Assembly: GCF_030028105.1 (NCBI RefSeq)
Contig: NC_092382.1
Coordinates: forward strand, 99,898,699 to 99,962,698
DNA from: Mobula birostris
Lineage: Eukaryota
Direction: 5' to 3'
Length of the DNA: 64,000 bases
The notes under the pieces were generated by a model that saw nothing but the letters and a program-made list of their open reading frames with translations, made no database searches and was not told where the DNA came from. Positions within the stretch are counted from its first letter, which is position 1. Each line of letters begins with the position of its first letter. A program made the translations under genes and the position numbers. Positions 59,552 to 64,000 of the stretch are shown in pieces.

Positions 59552-62500
59552 CATAAGACATGTTGTCTGATCCGAGCAGTGTTCCGACGTGCCCTGACTA
59601 GAGTTTTCATAATTTGCAACATAATGTCTTGATTTAAGATCCCTGCGTTGACTGATAATATTAGGCATTCTAAAAGTCTCTTAATCACCTTGTTGACCTG
59701 CGTAGCCACTTTCAAGAGGCTGGGACCTTAGATCCCAGGGTAGCTCTGTTCAGCAACTCTCTTCAGGAGCTTGCCCAAACACTGTACTGTTTCTTTAAAT
59801 TTACTTGTTATCAGCGTGCTGCATCGCGGATTTATCTGGGTTAATTTCTATCTGTCCTGTCGATGTTAATATCTGCAACTCATTTGTGCCTCATTGTATT
59901 CTTTGCCAGACTTCTACAGTGGCCACAACTCCATCAACCTTGGCATCATCCGCAAACCTACCAGCCCACCCATCTAGTCGTTCATGCAGGTCATTTATAT
60001 AAATCACAAGCATCAGGCATCTCAGCACAGATCACTGCCGAGCATCACTAATTGCAGATCTCCATCTCGGATAAGTCGCTTCGGTCACCTTACTCTGCCG
60101 TCTATGCGCAAATATGTTCTGAGTCCAGGGAGGCAATTGGCCGCCCATCCCTTTGTTTCTCCTCTTGAGCGAGTATGTCAAACGCCTGACTGAAGGCATG
60201 TAGACAGCATCCACTGCTCTACACTCATCAATCCCTGTCGTCACCTTGTTAAAATACTCTTTCAAGTTGTAAGACCAGACCTGCCCCGAACAGAGTCATG
60301 CTAGCTCTCCTCAACCTGGCTGGGTGTTTTAATCTCGTAAATCCTGTACATACGAATTTTTACCTCCTATGTCTATATAACTGAAATGAGTCCTACGAGC
60401 CGGTAGTACTCAGCGTTACATTTGAACCCGGGACTTGTCGCACTAGCACTTATTCCGAAGTGCGAAAATTCACCCAACTTAACGCCTACAGATGATATAC
60501 CGGTACTTCCTCGGACTCACACCAGTTGCAATCTTATCCAGATCAATTTCTGCACTGACTTAACGGGCAGTTTACACAGCTTCCACATAATCCAAATCCC
60601 GGACGATTTTCCCTTCCTCCCTTTGTAAAGAGCGGTCTGACGTTTGTAATCTTTCAGTGCTGCGGGACATGCCAGAATCAAGTCATTCTTGAAAGGAGAT
60701 GACCATTATATCCATTATCTCTTCTGCAAACCCTCTCAGAACTCTAGGTGTAGTCCGCCTGGCCCAGTTAACATTTTCACCTGAAGACTTTTGTGTTTGC
60801 CGAGCACGTCTTCATTGGTAATAACAATGTCACTCAATCCCGATGCCTGGCACTCTCGGGACTCTGGCACACTGATCGCGCCTTCCACAGCAAACACAGA
60901 AGCAAAGAACCCTTTAAGTTAATAGGTAATTTCATAATAAGCAGCATTAGTTTTCAACTGTTCCATTCCCTGAGGCTCCAAGTGGATTAGAAAAGAGAAT
61001 ATGGAGTTATACCGACCACATTACCAATTATTCGATGGGGAAAATTTTGGGTACAGTGCCCATAATCGCAGATGTGTAAAGGTCGTTATAGGTTATGATC
61101 AGACTGGTCTTCACGGAGGGAGCTCCGAATATAAATGCATTGGGCTGGAACTGGGAAACTTTTATTATGAATCCCCGCCGGGGCTAAGTCCACATTTCAG
61201 AGGTGGATATTTTATCGTTTGGATCTCAGTATCAGCATGTTTCTTTTTTATCTGAGGGTGAAGCTAAGTATGAAGCAGGACAAGGCGAGGCTCGGAAATA
61301 TATATGAAGCGAAGCATTGCAAATGTCGGCAGGAGAAAATAAATGAAGTTTAATGTTTAGCCGTCTTAATTCGAGCCAGAAATGCGGAGGTTATTAAACA
61401 AAACGCGATTGTTGCAACAAGGGATATCCAAAAGGAAAATGAGGAGTAAATGGGGAGCGAGGAGAATGGTGGGCCTTTTAATGAAGAAAGCAGCGTATCT
61501 GGAGACAGGAAGTGCTGAAAATCCTTCATGATTACCTCAAACCGGCATTCACCACGGAAACGGATATACAATATACAAGATCATGAGGCTAACGATATTA
61601 TTGCAGGGAATGATGATATTGTGTCAAAAGTGTTGAGACATTTTAGTGAACCCAACTCTGCATTGGATCAGTATCCCGCTGCCCCCATATCACGGCCTTT
61701 TTTCTCCTCCATCTAGGTGTCTCCACTGAACCCCCTGTCTGCTCATCCAACTATTTAATCCCCTGTAACTCCTGCTCTCTCGCCTTCCATTCTGAGTCAC
61801 AGCGTTGAAATCAAAGGCAGTGATCACACTATGATTGACTTCAAATTGACATGCGACAAGAAGAATTTAAAGTCTGACGCAGTAGTGTTTCAGTGCAGTA
61901 AACGAGATTACAGTGGTATGTGAAAGTCTCGGCCGAAGGAATTTAAAGGAGATGCTTTCAGCGTTGTTTGCAGTGCAGAAATGGAGTGAGTTTCTGGTAA
62001 AACCGGGGAACGTGCAGAATAGATCTATTGTAAAAACAAAGAAAGAGGCAAAAAGCAAAATAGTACAATCGTGGCTGACAAGGGAAGTCAAACCGAACGC
62101 CAAAGCAAATGTAGCCTCCGCAGTAACATAAAAGACGAAACCCCCTTACACTAAGGAGAGAGCATAGAACAGCGCAAAGATGAAGATTAAACATACGGAG
62201 AGCAACTGAAGGATCCATTAGAAGGAAAAGATGAAATTCGAAGCAAGATGACAAAAAAATTTCTAAGTGGATAGTAACAGCATTATCAAGTACATAAAAT
62301 TAAATGAGGAATGAAAGGGGATATAGGACCGCGAGAAAATGAGGCAAGAGAAAAAACAACGGGGAACAATGAGATGGCAGTTGAGCTATATGAGTATGTA
62401 GCATCAGTCTTCACTGTGGGAGACTCCAGCAGTTTGCCTGATGTTGTCGTGTGTGAAGGAAGAGAGGTGGGCTCGCTTTCTGTTACAAGAGAGAAGGTGC

Positions 62501-64000
62501 TCAATCACCTGAAAGACCTAAGGGTACATAAGTCACCCGGGCCTGATGAACTACACCTTTGGGTTGGAAAAGAATGAGCGATGGAGATGCTGAGGCATTT
62601 TTAATGATCTTTCTGAAAACCATTGGATTCTGGCACAGTGTCAGAGGACTGAAAGAATGTAACTGCCACCAGATTCTTTAGGAAAGGAGGAAGGTAGCAG
62701 AAAGGGAAATATGTATCAGATAGCCAGACCTTAGTGGTTGGGAAGATATTGGATTCAATTGTTAAGCATGAGGACAAAGGAGGACAAAGTCAGCACGTTC
62801 CTCTGCTGTCTCGCTCGGTATCCTACGCAGATATCATCAGGCCGAAGGGACATACATATTTCAGAAATTGTGATAAAATCCTGACTGATCTGCTGGATTT
62901 GGTTGAGGAGAATCCATGTAGATAGATAAGGAGGGTGCACAGATGTTGTCTATTGGGACTCTCAAAAGACCTTTGACAAGGTGCCACGCATGAGGCTGCT
63001 TAGCAAATTAAGAGTCCATTGTATTACAAGAAATACGAGGAGCATTGGGTGAATGGTCGGAGGCAGCGAGTGGGAAAAAAAAGGATCCGTTGCTGGCTGT
63101 TTGCCAGTGACAAACGGTGTTCCGCAGGTGTCGGTGCAGGGAACACTTATTTGTGTTCTATGTTAATGATATAGATGATGGAACCGCTTTTTTTTTCTGC
63201 GAATTTTTGAGACAGTACGAATATTGGTGTAGGGGCAGGTACTGTTGAGGAAAGACGTCGTTTGCAGAGTGCCTTACACAGGTTAGTAGAATTGGGACGA
63301 AATTGTAATGTGAAATACAATGTTGGATAATGCATGGTCATGCACTTTGGTTGTAGAATTAAATGTGCAGCCGAATTGCTAATCGTGCAGACCTGACTGC
63401 GCTGCAAAGAAAATTGGGAGTCCTCGTGCAGAACACCTAATATGTTCCGAATGACTATATCTATTAAATAAGTTGTTGTTCTTTGTCTATCCTGTGTTAT
63501 TTTATCCGGACAGTTATTAAGGATTTTCACATCTGTAGTAACTGACCAATTGGCATGTAATTTGTAGGAATCTAACGTGTATTGATAGTAAATTGTTGTG
63601 TCTTTTCTGTTTCTCAGCAGCTGGTCCGGACATGGCCAGCACATACATTTCTCAGTTGCTGGGAACTTTCAGACTATATTGGTTGTGCTTAATATTGTTG
63701 AATTAATAATTACATATTACAATTATAATTACATATCAGTTATGAGGATATTTTATGATATAGCAGTGAGGTCAGTGTTTGATGGTAGTAATGATTATAA
63801 ATAGCTATATAATTAACTCCAAAGTTCCAGAATGTTCTTTCCATTTTCAGTTTCAGCAAATATATTTAAATCACAATGGCTATTATGTTTTCATGTCTTA
63901 GGTAAAATAGGACAGGATGTTGAGATAGTAGATGCTTTTTCCCCATAAACGATTTTTTTTTTCTCTGTAAACTACACTCTGCTTGCCCTCTAAAACATTA

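Larger units (their letters stand above)
51837..64000. repeat. Tandem segmental duplication unit 3 (runs off the window)
   Basis: Colinear with unit 2; Tc1 region deleted near 52325; LTR body deleted near 60395. Confidence 0.85.

Noticed and set aside
1-64000. CRISPR array, rRNA, prokaryotic operons; D, J or C segments
   Set aside because: Repeats are eukaryotic microsatellites, TE relics and segmental duplications; no 12-RSS, FGxG J or C-domain exon was seen by eye

Overview
Vertebrate genomic DNA, by repeat content and gene families most likely a cartilaginous fish (ray/skate-like; inference, no search run). Two domains. (1) About 1-16.5 kb: a cluster of T-cell-receptor V gene segments, all on + and all with 23-bp-spacer RSSs, best read as TCR-beta V. 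Two families occur: a 'CACSS'-ending family (V1 frameshifted, V2 pseudogene) and a 'CAW(S/R)'-ending family resembling mammalian TRBV30/Trbv31 (V3 splice-defective, V4 intact, V5 open with Y>N). Also present are two orphan promoter+leader units, an orphan RSS, a conserved GC-box/ETS/CRE promoter module and six same-orientation CTCF-like motifs. No D, J or C segment was found. (2) About 19.7-64 kb: a tandem segmental array (units of about 14.6, 17.6 and >12 kb), each carrying an intact two-exon class-A GPCR of the GPR139-like family expanded in chondrichthyans. The N-terminal exon is hypervariable (45-63% aa identity) while the 7TM exon is homogenised (about 94% between copies 2 and 3), with changes concentrated in extracellular loops. 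Different parts of the genes give different genealogies. The background is CR1 LINE, Rex/Babar-like, Penelope-like (with a hammerhead ribozyme motif), Tc1 and LTR relics, one LTR being followed by a long tRNA-Pro-complementary tract. One 136-N assembly gap. No rRNA, CRISPR or intact tRNA gene seen. All percentages are hand counts.
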